The notes: generated by a model not told the origin, from the letters alone. Shown: positions 9,668-22,549, counted from the first letter of the stretch. The stretch: DNA of 32,000 bases from Saccharolobus sp. E5-1-F (GCF_009601705.1 NZ_CP045687.1:95527-127526), one strand, 5' to 3'. Program-made: numbers and translations.

Positions 9668-11066
9668 CACTCTCTTGAGTTTTCCCACTCATGAAAGAAA
9701 ATACCATAGCAATTATTATTATAATAGAAGATATGAGAAAAGCAAAATGTAAACCATTAACAAACGTTACACTTACGTCTCCATTCAACGTTGTAGTTCC
9801 AATAAATATCTCAAATGCAACATTCCTCGGTATACTCAAAGTTGCAACTACTATGCTTAAAACGTAGCTTAGAATAGTGCCTATATTCCCTAACGTTCTA
9901 GATAAACCTGAGACTGAACCGTAATATTCTTTAGGTGCATGAAACATTATAGCAGTTGAATTGGACGGCCAGAACATAGCAGAGCCTATGCCAGTAATAG
10001 CACTAATTCCTACAATTAAATAATAGTTAGTAGTAGGTGTTAGCAAGAGGAAGTATAGGATCAAGGTTATGAAAATAAATATCAAGCCTATACCTGCTAT
10101 TATACCTGGCTTTCCCTTATCCGCTACTTTTCCCATAAATGGGGCTAAAATGCTGGCAACAACATATCCTGGGGTTAACAATAAGGAACTATCTAAAGGA
10201 CTAAGTCCTCTCACGCCTTGAAGATACATTATAAGTAAGAAACTCAAGGAAAGCCCTCCTATCCCTTGAAGGAAATTAGCTAAGAGTGAGTATGTTAAAA
10301 GCCTTATTTTGAATATCTTCAAATTCAATATAGGATATTTACTCCTAGCTTCATTCAACAGAAATAAAGGTATTAGCACTACACCTAGAGCTAACTCTAT
10401 AATATTATCAGTAGAAATTCCAGATGCAGCAATGAACATTAATGATAGTGATATTAATGCTAATAAAATGCCCAGAAAGATTGCTCCTGGGATATCTAGT
10501 TTCGTGTTAACCTTATTGATATCTCTAATATTCATTACTCCTAAAATAACTGCTACTATTCCAATTGGTACATTAATGTAAAATATGTATTGCCAGCCTA
10601 AAAAAGTAGTCAAAATCCCACCTAAAACAATACCCACTAACGCCCCTATGTTCCAGCCTAAACTAGTTATTCCATAAGCCTTTCCTCTTCTATTGGGTGG
10701 GAATACATCAGCCACTATGGATGAACTATTGGCTACTAGCATTGACCCTCCGATAGCTTGTATAATTCTAAATATAATCAACATATCTATATTAGTTGAA
10801 ATACCACATAAGGCTGAAGCTACCGTAAATATTACAAACCCCAAATTATAGACCCTTCCTTTTCCGAATAAATCACCTATCCTACCAGCTTGTGTTGATA
10901 AAACTGAAATAACTATCATGTAAGCTAAAAGTACCCATATTGACGATAATAAGTCGGTATGCAAGCTTGATGTAATTGTAGGAAGTGCTAGTAATACTAT
11001 TGTAGTATCTACTGCAGCCATTAGAGATCCTAGAGTTAATACAAATAAGATGGAGTTACTATTCAT
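9660..11066 (-). CDS. MFS transporter, EmrB/QacA-like 14-TM drug exporter
   Basis: MAAVDTTIVLLALPTITSSL, GRIGDLFGKGRVYNLGF, RIIQAIGGSMLVANSSSIVADVFPPNRRGKAYG. Confidence 0.9.
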   Translation of the reverse strand: MNSNSILFVLTLGSLMAAVDTTIVLLALPTITSSLHTDLLSSIWVLLAYMIVISVLSTQAGRIGDLFGKGRVYNLGFVIFTVASALCGISTNIDMLIIFRIIQAIGGSMLVANSSSIVADVFPPNRRGKAYGITSLGWNIGALVGIVLGGILTTFLGWQYIFYINVPIGIVAVILGVMNIRDINKVNTKLDIPGAIFLGILLALISLSLMFIAASGISTDNIIELALGVVLIPLFLLNEARSKYPILNLKIFKIRLLTYSLLANFLQGIGGLSLSFLLIMYLQGVRGLSPLDSSLLLTPGYVVASILAPFMGKVADKGKPGIIAGIGLIFIFITLILYFLLLTPTTNYYLIVGISAITGIGSAMFWPSNSTAIMFHAPKEYYGSVSGLSRTLGNIGTILSYVLSIVVATLSIPRNVAFEIFIGTTTLNGDVSVTFVNGLHFAFLISSIIIIIAMVFSFMSGKTQESVT

Positions 11067-11150
11067 CGCATCTAAACTGATACATCTTACCTTAAAAAGT
11101 TTGCCTAATAAACGGTAAATCTAATAATTGTTAACGAATTGATTAAATCA

Positions 11151-11680
11151 TCATGTTCCCTTAACACCGCCAGAGTATAATCCTCTTAACATATAATCTT
11201 GCGCCACGTATGATACTATTATGACTGGTAATGATGCTACCAAAGCTGATGAGGCTAATAAGGCCCAATTGACTGATCCTTGACCTATGGCATTTAAGGC
11301 GAAAATTGTTGCTGTCTCACTTCCAGTTGGTGGAAATTTCATCTGATAAGGGGTCTCGCTTAGTACTAAAGGATAGAATAGAAGGTGCCAGGCAAACGTA
11401 AATAAAATTACGAATGTGGCAATTAGAAATGGTCTTGAGACTGGCAATATTAATCTTAGTATTTTGTTCTTCATACCATCAATTTCAGCAGCTTCCTCAT
11501 AAACTTTTGGAAAATCTATGTAAAAGTTAAACATTTATTACTATAACAGCTATTGCAAGAGTCGAAAGGGCTTTCATATTTATCAGATACAAATCTACTT
11601 CTGCTTTAAAAAATAACTATAGCTAAAATCAGCCCACTGAAGGTTTTAATCACCAACTCATCTACTGGTGGTTTCCTCAT
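11151..11680 (-). pseudogene. Decayed ABC sugar-transporter permease (MalG-like), broken into about three pieces
   Basis: C-terminal piece 11151..11534 has the EAA loop (KVYEEAAEIDGMKNKILRLILPVSRPF). Upstream remnants: 11606..11680 (MRKPPVDELVIKTFSGLILAIVIF*) and 11527..11577 (MKALSTLAIAVIVINV*). Confidence 0.75.
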
Positions 11681-12287
11681 TCTTGTAATATCTTGATTTA
11701 ACCTCATTATATAACTCTCTCGGTGTAGGTATTCTTCCCAACTTGTTAATTAAATCATTGATTATTTGGTTTATAATTTCTTTCACTTGCTTACTTGCTA
11801 GACAATATTCTGGCACCTTAAAATCTGGAATTCCTTTCCCATCATATGAGTTTATTACTTCCTTTTGGTCATCTTCTGTTGCAAATGGATATGAGAGACA
11901 CGCATATGGTTTAATCTTATGAATACTACAAAGCCATCCTTTTTGAAACTGACAAGGTCTTCTTAACAAAAATAAGTTATTGTCCACTTTTTCAAATTTC
12001 TTCAAATCATCCATATCCAACCTATCCCTTAATTCCTCGTAATCAAATCTATATACCGGTACTGGGTAACCAATTTGACAGCATTTCCCTCCGCATTCTT
12101 CACAATATTTCGAAACATCAATAAATTTATTCATAGCAATCTGAAATACCAAAGAGTACATACCATATTTTACTACTGGTGAATGTTCATACTTCTCTAG
12201 AAATTCTAGTACTCTCTCAAAGCTATTCAAATCACCTCTTAAACCTTTTTTGGTCATTAGATTAATCTGATCAACGTTAATTCTCAT
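11658..12287 (-). CDS. YkgJ-family cysteine-cluster protein
   Basis: CEECGGKCCQIGYPVPV ... RRPCQFQKGWLCSIHKIKPYACLSYPFA, the CxxCxxxCC...C..C...P..C cluster. Confidence 0.85.
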   Translation of the reverse strand: MRINVDQINLMTKKGLRGDLNSFERVLEFLEKYEHSPVVKYGMYSLVFQIAMNKFIDVSKYCEECGGKCCQIGYPVPVYRFDYEELRDRLDMDDLKKFEKVDNNLFLLRRPCQFQKGWLCSIHKIKPYACLSYPFATEDDQKEVINSYDGKGIPDFKVPEYCLASKQVKEIINQIINDLINKLGRIPTPRELYNEVKSRYYKNEETTSR

Positions 12288-12403
12288 ATACGTAGGTTGG
12301 AATTTGAAAAATAAATGGTTATCTTAATGTTACCATAGAAATTGAACACTTAAAGTTGTGAAAAAAGAAAACGTTATTTAATTAGGGAACTAAAGAAGAA
12401 GAG

Positions 12404-13312
12404 ATGAGTGAAATATTAGAGCTAATAAATAAAGGGAAATTTGATGAAGCCTTAAAGAGGCTTAAAGAAGAAATGGAGCAAAAGAGAGATGATCCTGAAC
12501 TATACTATTTGATGGGGTTTGTGTATTTTAAAACTGGCAAATATAAAAGGGCAATAGACAGCTTAAGTAAAGCTGTAAGTCTAAAGAAGAATGAGGCAAA
12601 ATATCATTGTCTTCTAGGATATTCGTTATATGAGGAAGGATATAACATTGGCGATGAAAAGTTAATAAGAAAGGCCTTAAAGGAACTTCAACTTTCAGTC
12701 GAGATTGACAAGGATTTACCTAATAAGGAAAAGGAATATCATTACTATATGGCTAACATTCTATATGAACTAGAAGATTATGAAAAAGCTTTGGAAGAAA
12801 TTAATGAGACTTTAAAATTTTACAACTCTTCAGAGGTTCATAAATTGAAAGGAGATATTTTATTTCAATTGAAGAAATACGATAAAGCAATTGAGGAATA
12901 TAAGACTAATTTGAACGATGATAAAAACCTCTATGCAATAGCATATACGTACTTTACTATGGGTAAATATGAACAAGCCCTTGAGTACTACGAGAAGGCA
13001 ATTAGTATAAATCCGGAAGAGCCGTACTATTATGAGGGTAAGGCAGAAACATTACTCTTTATGGGAAAGCTTGATGAGGCTTATAGCACTATAAAGAAAG
13101 CTTTAGATATTGATCCGGATAACCCTCACATTAAACTAACTGAAGTAGAGATCCTAGCAGAGATTAATAGCAAAGAGGCTACAAAAGTTTTAACAGAATA
13201 TTTAGAAGAGATGTATGAGTTTAGAGAAGTTATTTGTGAAGAAATTAAGGTCAGAAAGGTTAAGGAAAAAACTAGAGAACTCTTAGAGAAAATAAGTCTC
13301 AGGTTCTGTTAG
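12404..13312 (+). CDS. Tetratricopeptide repeat protein
   Basis: Repeated TPR motifs, e.g. [79 protein letters not shown]. Confidence 0.93.
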   Translation: MSEILELINKGKFDEALKRLKEEMEQKRDDPELYYLMGFVYFKTGKYKRAIDSLSKAVSLKKNEAKYHCLLGYSLYEEGYNIGDEKLIRKALKELQLSVEIDKDLPNKEKEYHYYMANILYELEDYEKALEEINETLKFYNSSEVHKLKGDILFQLKKYDKAIEEYKTNLNDDKNLYAIAYTYFTMGKYEQALEYYEKAISINPEEPYYYEGKAETLLFMGKLDEAYSTIKKALDIDPDNPHIKLTEVEILAEINSKEATKVLTEYLEEMYEFREVICEEIKVRKVKEKTRELLEKISLRFC

Positions 13313-14345
13313 CTAAATCGAAAAAAGCTCTCCAGAAGGGATCCTCTAACGGATGCTCTATCTTTACTCTACTCCCATCTTTCTTAATCAACATTACATC
13401 TTCGCTTTGATCTACTATCTCTCCAATTATTTTAGCCTCAATACCTTCTTTACTCAACTCGTCAATTACTTCCTTTCCTTTATCAGTAACTATGATCATA
13501 GTACCCTCACTTATGGACATCCATGGATCTATGTTAACTATCCTAGTTACCTCTCTAACAGCTCTATTAATGAAAAGCCTATCCTCATACACTTTCATAC
13601 CCTTACCACTAGCTCTTGCAACCTCTGTTAAAGCCCCAAAGACCCCTCCTTCTGTAGCATCATGCATAAGATGAATACCAATTCTAGATGCTATTAAACC
13701 ATCTTTCCAACAACTCATTTTCCAATACATATTATAAGCCTCATTAAAAATCTCCTTGTCTAACCTTTGTTTAAAATACTCTGGGTAAAGGTTAGCCAGA
13801 AGAGCAGTGGCTTCTATTGCTGGACCCTTTGTCATTATCACACTATCTCCTACTCTAACCTTTGATGGCATTCCTAGCTTCTCCTTCTCTCCTATTCCAA
13901 ACATTGTGAATCCTCCGACCATTGGATAATCAGTACCTTCATAAACACCAGTATGACCACCAACTACCATTACTCCAATTTCCTTTAACGCTTCATGAAT
14001 TCCAATCCACATCTCCTCAAATTCCTCATCTTTAATTTTAGGTGGTAAGTTTAGATCTATAACAGCGTATTGAGGAGGAATACCAGAGGTCATTACATCA
14101 CTAGCTAGTATGTGTACTGCAAACCACGCTGCTTTCTTGAACCCGAATTGTGGTACTATGAAAACTGGATCAGTCTTTACTACTAAGACTCTATTATCTT
14201 GAAGATCTATTGCCGCAGTATCCACTCCGTGTTGAGGACCAACTAAAACTTCTTTTCGTTTTTCACCAAGATGAGGGTAGATTACTCTGTTAAATACATC
14301 CTCATTTATCTTTCCTAGATGCATTAGGTAAGAAGAGGAATGCAA
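13299..14345 (-). CDS. AIR-synthase-related (PurM/HypE/ThiL fold) protein
   Basis: [77 protein letters not shown]. Confidence 0.85.
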   Translation of the reverse strand: MHSSSYLMHLGKINEDVFNRVIYPHLGEKRKEVLVGPQHGVDTAAIDLQDNRVLVVKTDPVFIVPQFGFKKAAWFAVHILASDVMTSGIPPQYAVIDLNLPPKIKDEEFEEMWIGIHEALKEIGVMVVGGHTGVYEGTDYPMVGGFTMFGIGEKEKLGMPSKVRVGDSVIMTKGPAIEATALLANLYPEYFKQRLDKEIFNEAYNMYWKMSCWKDGLIASRIGIHLMHDATEGGVFGALTEVARASGKGMKVYEDRLFINRAVREVTRIVNIDPWMSISEGTMIIVTDKGKEVIDELSKEGIEAKIIGEIVDQSEDVMLIKKDGSRVKIEHPLEDPFWRAFFDLANRT

Positions 14346-14509
14346 CTTTAAAAAGGTTAAGTAAACAAGTCGTTTCCGTAAATTAGATTTGAATAAAATT
14401 TGAAATCATAAGTAAACTGAATAATATGGTTAAAAAATATATGATACTTCTATCATATAAACTTTACATTTGGTAACTAAGTTTACCGATGTTAAGTTGA
14501 TTATATAAG

Positions 14510-14524
14510 CTTTACTAAGTAAAG
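14510..14524. promoter_or_regulatory. Dyad ctttact-a-agtaaag directly after a TATA-like ttatataa, upstream of the DoxX gene
   Basis: 7-bp perfect arms around one central base; TATA-like element at about 14501-14508; ORF starts at 14547. Confidence 0.35.
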
Positions 14525-14546
14525 TAGTTTTCCAGAGGAAATCAGA

Positions 14547-14948
14547 ATGGATCCGACCCTAGCCTCAATTGGTCTATTAATATTCAGAATACTATATGGG
14601 ATTTCACTAATACCTCACGGTGTGGTAAAGACTAATAAAAACGTGAACTCTCAATTTAAAGGATTTATGAAGCAGTTAGGAGTACCGCCAATATTTGTAG
14701 ATCTCTCAATGTTAATTGAAATTCTAGGAGGGCTTCTAGTAATAGTTGGAGCAATATCGCTAATAGTTTCAGTGGTATTAATTCTGTTCTTTTTAGGTAC
14801 AATAGTAGTAAGTCATAGGATGAAAAAACCGCTAGCTACTGGAATGAATCCAGGAGTAGATCTAGATATATTATTTCTTGCTGGAGCAATAATCTTACTA
14901 TTGCTAGGTCCAGGTCAGTTCGCCATATTAACTGGTCCACAAATTTAA
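14547..14948 (+). CDS. DoxX family membrane protein
   Basis: Small multi-TM protein: LIFRILYGISLIPHGVVKTNKN...FKGFMKQLGVPPIFVDLSMLIEILGGLLVIVGA. Confidence 0.8.
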   Translation: MDPTLASIGLLIFRILYGISLIPHGVVKTNKNVNSQFKGFMKQLGVPPIFVDLSMLIEILGGLLVIVGAISLIVSVVLILFFLGTIVVSHRMKKPLATGMNPGVDLDILFLAGAIILLLLGPGQFAILTGPQI

Positions 14949-15061
14949 TATTTTTTAACTCTTCAATCTATAGAATCATAATCTCAAAGCAATTATATTA
15001 GGTAAACTAAAAACTATTCGAATCTTAAAAATACCACCTACCTTTTTACTAGGCGATATTT

Positions 15062-16180
15062 TTAGTTTTTCTTTTCTTCCTCTGGAACTATAGCCTTAAC
15101 TCCAATCCCAAATAGCGATTTCACTACGTAATCAACTAATCTTACATATACTCCCTTCTGTCCCATAAATGCTCCACTCTCTTTTTTGAGAGTTATAGCT
15201 AATGAGTTTCCAAGAAAGTCCGCATCTTCAATATGCTTTGATATCCATGGTACTGGATGTATTGATCTAACTAGTTCCTTAAAATCGAGTGATAATTCCC
15301 AAACTCTAATCTTCTTTCCAATGTCTTTCTCAATTGCGTTAATTCTCTCACCATTTTTCCCTATTACTCTACCTGCGCTACCAGTCTTCGCTATTATCAA
15401 CGCATCTGGCACGTTCTCATAATTTATACCTAGTTTCGATTTTTCCGCAGAAAACTCAGTAACTGTTAATATTAAAGCGTCAGGTGCATGTACCATTGTG
15501 GTATCATATATCTTTTTCTCGATTTCACTCGTCTTTCTTGACCTAAGTTTATATTCTAATAAAAGCCTTAAACCCCTCTTAGCACCGCTTCTTACTATAT
15601 CTTTTATACCTAAATCCACGACTTTAGTGTCCTTTTCATCAATTAATACCTCTCTAATTATTGCTGAGGACTCTTGGCCGGCTAATGCTTGAAATATCGG
15701 ATCGCCCGCAACTATTAACCTCGAATCCTTACCGACCCTTATGAAAAGCTCTAGTACACTCTCAGGTTTTAAGGACTGTATATCATCGATAAATATAATT
15801 GAATTATTAAAGGATCTTCCTCTCAAATATCTGGAATCAACAATTTCAATTTTATCGGAATTTATCAGATCATTTAAAACTTTTTCCTCAACAAACCCAC
15901 CTAATACATCTTGCATGTATGCCCTTACTACGTTTTCGTAATCCTCTAACTCTTTTTTGGTAACCTCTTCTTGTGTAACAACGTCCACTATTGGCTTGGC
16001 TACTATTAATTTTTTGTACTTGCCTGAAATTACCGAATCTATACCATAGGCTAGTGAAAACAAACTCTTTCCGGTACCAGTAGGACCGAAAACTCCTACT
16101 ATTTGTAGTTTATCATTTTTTAACGCTGCAAGTAAATCCTCTTGTCCTTTAGTATAAGGTTTAATTGTCTCCATTATCAT
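15062..16180 (-). CDS. PhoH-like P-loop ATPase with C-terminal KH-type RNA-binding domain
   Basis: GVFGPTGTGKSLFSLAYG, NSIIFIDDIQSLKPE, RLIVAGDPIFQA; KH motif DALIIAKTGSAGRVIGKNGERINAIEKDIGKKIRV. Confidence 0.88.
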   Translation of the reverse strand: MIMETIKPYTKGQEDLLAALKNDKLQIVGVFGPTGTGKSLFSLAYGIDSVISGKYKKLIVAKPIVDVVTQEEVTKKELEDYENVVRAYMQDVLGGFVEEKVLNDLINSDKIEIVDSRYLRGRSFNNSIIFIDDIQSLKPESVLELFIRVGKDSRLIVAGDPIFQALAGQESSAIIREVLIDEKDTKVVDLGIKDIVRSGAKRGLRLLLEYKLRSRKTSEIEKKIYDTTMVHAPDALILTVTEFSAEKSKLGINYENVPDALIIAKTGSAGRVIGKNGERINAIEKDIGKKIRVWELSLDFKELVRSIHPVPWISKHIEDADFLGNSLAITLKKESGAFMGQKGVYVRLVDYVVKSLFGIGVKAIVPEEEKKN

Positions 16181-16214
16181 ACTATTTCAAAAAATAATAT
16201 CTCGATTTTTGAAG

Positions 16215-16940
<726 letters not shown>

Positions 16941-16955
16941 TTAAGGATATAAAGC

Positions 16956-17813
16956 TTATGAGATTTTAAACCTAAAATTGGGTAGTCCCCTTACATTAAC
17001 TCTCGTTGTGAACGTTTTTCCAGCTAATGGATCTTGGCTCTTTCCAGCAGTGGTAATGAATAATTGATTTAACTCTGGAGTACCGAAAGTTACTGATGTA
17101 ACATAGGTTGCTGGAACTTTTATCTCAAAAAGTTTCTTTCCGCTTTTAGGATTCCATCTACTAACCTTTCCTCCACCCCAGTGGGCTACCCAAATATATC
17201 CTTCCTCATCAACTGCCATTCCATCAGGGTTACCCGGTTCATTTCCAAAATCTACTGCAACCCTTCTATTGTAGATTTCTCCTTTATTCAAGTCAAAATC
17301 GAACATAAAGACCTTTCTCACTGGACTATCAATAAGGAACATTTGTTCGTTATCCGGATCCCAACCTAGACCATTTGACACCGTAAGACCTTCTAGTATC
17401 TTAGTTACCTTATTACCATCAAACTTATAGAAATTTCCAGTTGGTTTCCTTTCGTTCATATTCATAGTTCCGGCCCAATATCGCCCAAGCTTATCGCATT
17501 TGCCATCGTTAAACCTATTCGATTCCATTTCAGTTTCCACTTCAGCGTCCTTTTTAATCTCGTTTTTTTCTAAATCTACTATGTAAAATCCATGTCTAAT
17601 TGTAGCAATAACCCTCTTATTATCAATAACACATAAGGATGAGACGAGATCCGGCATTTCATAGAATACCTCAGTACCAGTATTAAGATCGTTAACTAAT
17701 ATTTTCTTTCCCTCAATATCAACCCAAAAAAGTTTGTTTAAATCCTTATCGTAAACTGGACCTTCCCCTAAAACTGCCTTGTAATTGCTTAAGGTAATTA
17801 AATTTGAATCCAT
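16956..17813 (-). CDS. SMP-30/gluconolactonase/regucalcin-like lactonase
   Basis: [90 protein letters not shown]. Confidence 0.92.
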   Translation of the reverse strand: MDSNLITLSNYKAVLGEGPVYDKDLNKLFWVDIEGKKILVNDLNTGTEVFYEMPDLVSSLCVIDNKRVIATIRHGFYIVDLEKNEIKKDAEVETEMESNRFNDGKCDKLGRYWAGTMNMNERKPTGNFYKFDGNKVTKILEGLTVSNGLGWDPDNEQMFLIDSPVRKVFMFDFDLNKGEIYNRRVAVDFGNEPGNPDGMAVDEEGYIWVAHWGGGKVSRWNPKSGKKLFEIKVPATYVTSVTFGTPELNQLFITTAGKSQDPLAGKTFTTRVNVRGLPNFRFKIS

Positions 17814-17833
17814 GCTTACTATTTTAACATGTA

Positions 17834-19543
17834 CTACTTTTTATCCTTTTTATCATCTAAGACGTTTGTAAGTGTAGCCTTCATATAATCTCTTTCATAA
17901 ATCACTGTTTTTCCTCTTAGAGCTGAAGCTATAACAGCTAAAAACGCTAAAGACCCTGCAACATAAAATGAAACTCTTAGAGCTTCCATAAAAGGTGAGG
18001 CTATTACATTAGGGAACCAATGCGTCCCTGTTATGACAGCTATTGCAGAAGCAGGAATTGTGTTAACTAGTGAAGTTGGTAGCTGTGAAAGTAATGTTGA
18101 AACGGGATTATAGCCTAGAAAACTAGCAAATATTGCAGCAGTTGGAGGTATTTTACTTAGTAATGGAGCTAGTTGAGGAGCCCCAGCTGCAGTTAGCGCA
18201 TTAGTTAGTACTGGAGGTAATGAAGTATATAAAGTATTAATTATTATAGTGAAGAATATACCAATACTTAACGTACTACCGGTATTAGTTAACATAGCTC
18301 TTATACCTGAGGCTGATCCTCTGTGCTGTGGTGGTGAAGCATTCATCAAAGCGGCCATGTTAGGTGATACAAATAACCCATTTCCAATTCCTATGAAAAA
18401 TATTATCAGAGCAAATTCTACATAATTAAAATTGTATGACAACGTCGTTAGCATTAAAATTCCTATCCCCATTAGTAAGAGTCCGATAGTAGCTAGACTT
18501 CGCGCACCATAACGGTCCGCAAGTCTACCCGCTATTGACCCCATTATTCCGAATCCAGCTAAAAGGGGAAGAAGATATATTCCAGCCCAGAAAGGTGTTA
18601 CCTCATAACTATAGCCATGTAAAGGTAGCCATATAGCTTGAAGTAATAATACCAGCATTAGTTGGAGCCCTCCAAACGCTAGCTGTGCTAATATTATTGA
18701 TATTGCGGAAGACGTAAATGCCCTTATTTTAAATAGTTCTATTCTAAACATCGGGTCTTTAACTTTACTCTCGACAAAGAGGAAACCAATAAACATTCCA
18801 ACACCCACTACGATACTCGATATTACAAATGGATTTGTCCAGCCAGTAACTTGATTGCCATATGGTAATATGCCATACGTTATCCCTAGCAATATTGATA
18901 TAAGAGAAACAGCGTAAAGAATATTTCCAACTATATCAATACTTTGATTCCTATTAGGCTTACTTAATTGTTTTAACGATTTATAAGACCAAATGGTTCC
19001 TAAAATGCCTATTGGAACACTCACTAGAAATACGTCACGCCAGTATATTGAAGCGAGAATTCCACCAATAATTATCCCAGCGACTCCACCAAATATTCCT
19101 ATTACACCGTTTAATCCTAATGCAAATCCTCTCTCATTAGGCGGAAAAGCTTCAGATAATATTGCGGCACTATTTGCCATCAAAAATGATCCTCCTACAC
19201 CTTGAAGTATCCTATAAATTATTAATTGAATTGCAGCTATGTTTCCTTTGCCAGGAGTTAAATACAACAATATCGATGCAATTGTAAAAATTAAGAATCC
19301 TAAATTATACATTCTCACTCTTCCAAATATATCAGAAATCCTTCCTACGTTTACTACTAAGATTGCTGATACTATGCTGTAACCAAATAGGATCCACAAT
19401 AAGTATTGAAAAGAGTTAAATGGATTAATGTCAATACCTCTAAATATTGCTGGTAATGCTATTAATACCACATTGGCATTCATAAATCCCATGAACGCTC
19501 CAAGACTTGTATTAGATAGTGCTATCCACTTGTACTGTACCAT
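17834..19543 (-). CDS. MFS transporter, EmrB/QacA-like 14-TM
   Basis: [67 protein letters not shown]. Confidence 0.9.
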   Translation of the reverse strand: MVQYKWIALSNTSLGAFMGFMNANVVLIALPAIFRGIDINPFNSFQYLLWILFGYSIVSAILVVNVGRISDIFGRVRMYNLGFLIFTIASILLYLTPGKGNIAAIQLIIYRILQGVGGSFLMANSAAILSEAFPPNERGFALGLNGVIGIFGGVAGIIIGGILASIYWRDVFLVSVPIGILGTIWSYKSLKQLSKPNRNQSIDIVGNILYAVSLISILLGITYGILPYGNQVTGWTNPFVISSIVVGVGMFIGFLFVESKVKDPMFRIELFKIRAFTSSAISIILAQLAFGGLQLMLVLLLQAIWLPLHGYSYEVTPFWAGIYLLPLLAGFGIMGSIAGRLADRYGARSLATIGLLLMGIGILMLTTLSYNFNYVEFALIIFFIGIGNGLFVSPNMAALMNASPPQHRGSASGIRAMLTNTGSTLSIGIFFTIIINTLYTSLPPVLTNALTAAGAPQLAPLLSKIPPTAAIFASFLGYNPVSTLLSQLPTSLVNTIPASAIAVITGTHWFPNVIASPFMEALRVSFYVAGSLAFLAVIASALRGKTVIYERDYMKATLTNVLDDKKDKK

Positions 19544-19632
19544 ATAGTTAAAGACTTAACTTTACTTTATTAAAACTTTTGCCCAATAACGATTATGCCT
19601 TCTTAAAAATTCATAAATTTATAATGATTTAA

Positions 19633-20028
19633 TTATCGTTTACTAGTTACCAAGATGTATAAAGTAGTAGATAGTATTATGAGCATAATATCTAGAATAA
19701 AGGCTATTAGAGCAGGTCCAGTAGTTACTGGCAATGGTCTACCTACTAATGGAGCTGGAAGCACTCTGGTTAAAGTGAGCAGCAAATAATTTATCCACCA
19801 ATATATCACTTCTAAAAGATAGATAATTTTCAAACTAAAAAGTCTGAATGAGAGTATGAAAAGTATACCGGAAATTATTGATAGAATTGCATCAAATAGG
19901 AAGAATGCTCTTATGCCAAATGGTAAAATCCGAAAACTATATAATGGTAAATGATCAGCAGTCCACGCAAAACTAATTATTCCCGCAACTACTCCTAACA
20001 CCAATAACGAAATTGAAACTCTCGGCAT
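19633..20028 (-). CDS. Small multi-TM membrane protein of unknown function
   Basis: 131-aa ORF with about four hydrophobic segments, no competing ORF. Confidence 0.6.
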   Translation of the reverse strand: MPRVSISLLVLGVVAGIISFAWTADHLPLYSFRILPFGIRAFFLFDAILSIISGILFILSFRLFSLKIIYLLEVIYWWINYLLLTLTRVLPAPLVGRPLPVTTGPALIAFILDIMLIILSTTLYILVTSKR

Positions 20029-20146
20029 ATACCCTTATGAAATTGAATAAATAATAAGATTTTGCCCAAATCTTTAATTAGATTGAAAACACTATTTGGG
20101 AAAAGATTTAAATTAATATAAAAGGGAGGACATTTTAAGTGAGACA

Positions 20147-20365
20147 ATGAAAATAAGTAGAATTGGACTTGTAATACTAGGAATTTCTATAATAATTCTG
20201 ATAATTGGTGGGGCATTTTTTGGAATGGCAGCTACATCCCATCATCCAGCACCTTCGTCAAGTCATATAACAACATATACCACTACTACTAGTACATCAA
20301 CCAGTATGTCATCTTCTACTACTACCACTTCAACATCGAGTTCTAGTGGAGCGGTATGGGGTTGA
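20147..20365 (+). CDS. Single-TM mini-protein with Ser/Thr-rich tail
   Basis: [72 protein letters not shown]; preceded by TATA-like and purine-rich sequence; overlaps the next start codon. Confidence 0.7.
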   Translation: MKISRIGLVILGISIIILIIGGAFFGMAATSHHPAPSSSHITTYTTTTSTSTSMSSSTTTTSTSSSSGAVWG

Positions 20366-21396
20366 AAAGAAAGCTACTCGTTTTTAGTTTCTCTTTTTCT
20401 TCAATAGGCGGACCATTAGCGTTAGTTGGGCAATTTTTAGAAAACGTAACCCCATACGAAGTAGCTTTATCTATTCTCATATTCGCACCCATTACTTTTC
20501 TTATATACTATTCGATGAATAGAGTATGGGATAAAGGAGGGCTTTACGATTATGTAGTCAAATTTACTCCCAAACTTTCTAATTACTTCCTATACTTCTG
20601 GTTTTTCTCATATTTTCTTTATTTAAGTTATACAGTAGATTATATAGTATATTACATACTAAATCTAGACGGATTGGTAGGTATACTGTTGACAATAGGA
20701 ATAGCGGGGTCTATCGCAATTATAACATTCTTGGATAAGGAGTTAGAATTCCTGCTTATCTCAACTATAATACAAATTTTATTTATACTCCCTATAAATT
20801 GGCATCTTAAACCCATGAACTCTTATGAACTAAGTTTTACTAACATTCTATCTACCTCTCTGTTATATATCTGCATAACCCTTACACCGTTTGTAGGAAA
20901 TGGTAGCAAAGAGGGAATTAATAGTGTAATTCTATCATATGTAATAACTGGAGCTATTCTGTTTTTAGACTCCTTTTTCAACATTCCTAAAATAATATAT
21001 CTTATTTCATCATTTAGTACATTCTCGTTAATAGTAGTAGAATTCTATTCGCTGAAGAGCGTTCTATCGAAATTCAGCGTTAAGAGTAAAAAATATCTCA
21101 TACTAGGGTTCTTAGGATTTACACTCGCAAGCCTAATAAATCCCTACACATATTATATTTATACAATTGTGCCATCTTTGACAGCACTTTACGTGTCATT
21201 AATGATCTTCTTTATCTCGATGATCTTTTCAATTAGAAATGTGCTAAAACTGCTAGGCTTGATAAGTGTAGGATTACTCGGATATGGTCTTTATACTTCA
21301 TTACAACTATCATCCTATTACCTACTTCTAGAACAAATCATTACAATTATTATAATAAGCGTGATTCCGTTAGTTAAGAATCGACTTTTCTATTAG
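20356..21396 (+). CDS. APC-like multi-TM permease
   Basis: [71 protein letters not shown] resembles APC N-terminal topology; 346 aa, highly hydrophobic. Confidence 0.7.
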   Translation: MGLKRKLLVFSFSFSSIGGPLALVGQFLENVTPYEVALSILIFAPITFLIYYSMNRVWDKGGLYDYVVKFTPKLSNYFLYFWFFSYFLYLSYTVDYIVYYILNLDGLVGILLTIGIAGSIAIITFLDKELEFLLISTIIQILFILPINWHLKPMNSYELSFTNILSTSLLYICITLTPFVGNGSKEGINSVILSYVITGAILFLDSFFNIPKIIYLISSFSTFSLIVVEFYSLKSVLSKFSVKSKKYLILGFLGFTLASLINPYTYYIYTIVPSLTALYVSLMIFFISMIFSIRNVLKLLGLISVGLLGYGLYTSLQLSSYYLLLEQIITIIIISVIPLVKNRLFY

Positions 21397-22549
21397 TAGA
21401 CATAGCTAATAGTTTCATATAGAGATAACCGCCCACAGCTTGTAATATACCTCCTATTTCTAATGGTAATGAATATGAGATATCTAATAAGTAACCACTA
21501 ATACCAGAGCTCATTTGTGACAGCCTTGTCGCCAAACCTTGAAAGCTTGAAGCAGTACCAAAATCTTCAGCAGACACTCCTCTAATATTAACTGCACTCC
21601 TATTTGGTGCTCCAATCCCAGCGTTTAAACCCCTTGCGATATATAATCCAGCCGCTAAAGTCAACCAAGGTGAAAAGGCCATCGCAATTAAGAACACACC
21701 ATTCAGTATCCTAGTTATCGAAGCTACCTTTAATGGGTCAAACCTTATTTTATTCGAAAGCAGTGAACCTATTGCAGTCGTTAAATAAGATATTGTAAAG
21801 AGTAATCCTATTTCGAAAGAAGTAGCATGAAAAGCTAACTTATACCACAATGGGAGGAGTGGAATAGCTATACCTAGTCCGAATCCAGTTATTGAGTTTG
21901 AAACTATAACTTTAGAAATGTATTTTATACTGGACTTTTTCATAATCTTAGAAGTCTTTTTAGGCCTCCTAACCTCTTTAACAAAAAGTAATGATATTGC
22001 TGAAGCTAAGAGTAATGCAAATGATAGGAAATATAGTATTCTATATCCCTCAACTGAATTGCTTATATAGGACCTTATTGAAAGGAGAACACTCCCTCCT
22101 ATTCCAGATAAGGATGAAGCTGACATTAGGAAACTTAGTCTTCTTACCCTTTCCTTTTCATCAATCCAATTACTAGCCACCAATGCAGTTAAACCTGGTG
22201 AAAATACTCCTCTTATACCGCCAGCAGTTCCTCCAACTCCCCCTATTATCAGAGCTATAAAGATTAGAATTCGGTTAATCGAAAGGGCAAGCAGTATTGA
22301 TGCAATTGAAGCCAATATTTCTACAAAGATCAAAACTTTTTTGTAACCAGTCCTGTCACCTATCATACCTAGGGCTAGGTTAAGAGCCGATGAAAATCCT
22401 ATTGCTCCTAAAAATATTATTCCTATAATTTCAAGTTTCACACCAATCTCAGATAAGTATAGTGAGGAGGAGAGAGTTATGTAAATTATTCCTATACTCC
22501 TTAAAATCCTTGATAATAGAAGATAAGCATAGCCATAATCGTCTTGCAA
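21374..22549 (-). CDS. MFS transporter (12-TM)
   Basis: [87 protein letters not shown]. Confidence 0.88.
   Translation of the reverse strand: MQDDYGYAYLLLSRILRSIGIIYITLSSSLYLSEIGVKLEIIGIIFLGAIGFSSALNLALGMIGDRTGYKKVLIFVEILASIASILLALSINRILIFIALIIGGVGGTAGGIRGVFSPGLTALVASNWIDEKERVRRLSFLMSASSLSGIGGSVLLSIRSYISNSVEGYRILYFLSFALLLASAISLLFVKEVRRPKKTSKIMKKSSIKYISKVIVSNSITGFGLGIAIPLLPLWYKLAFHATSFEIGLLFTISYLTTAIGSLLSNKIRFDPLKVASITRILNGVFLIAMAFSPWLTLAAGLYIARGLNAGIGAPNRSAVNIRGVSAEDFGTASSFQGLATRLSQMSSGISGYLLDISYSLPLEIGGILQAVGGYLYMKLLAMSTNRKVDS

Noticed and set aside
10309-10581. 90-aa antisense ORF inside the MFS gene
   Set aside because: Opposite-strand shadow of a transmembrane-coding region, no independent evidence.
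20250-20345. Low-complexity act/tca-rich repeat-like DNA
   Set aside because: Explained by codons for the Ser/Thr-rich tail of the 72-aa protein; no regular repeat-spacer pattern, so not CRISPR.
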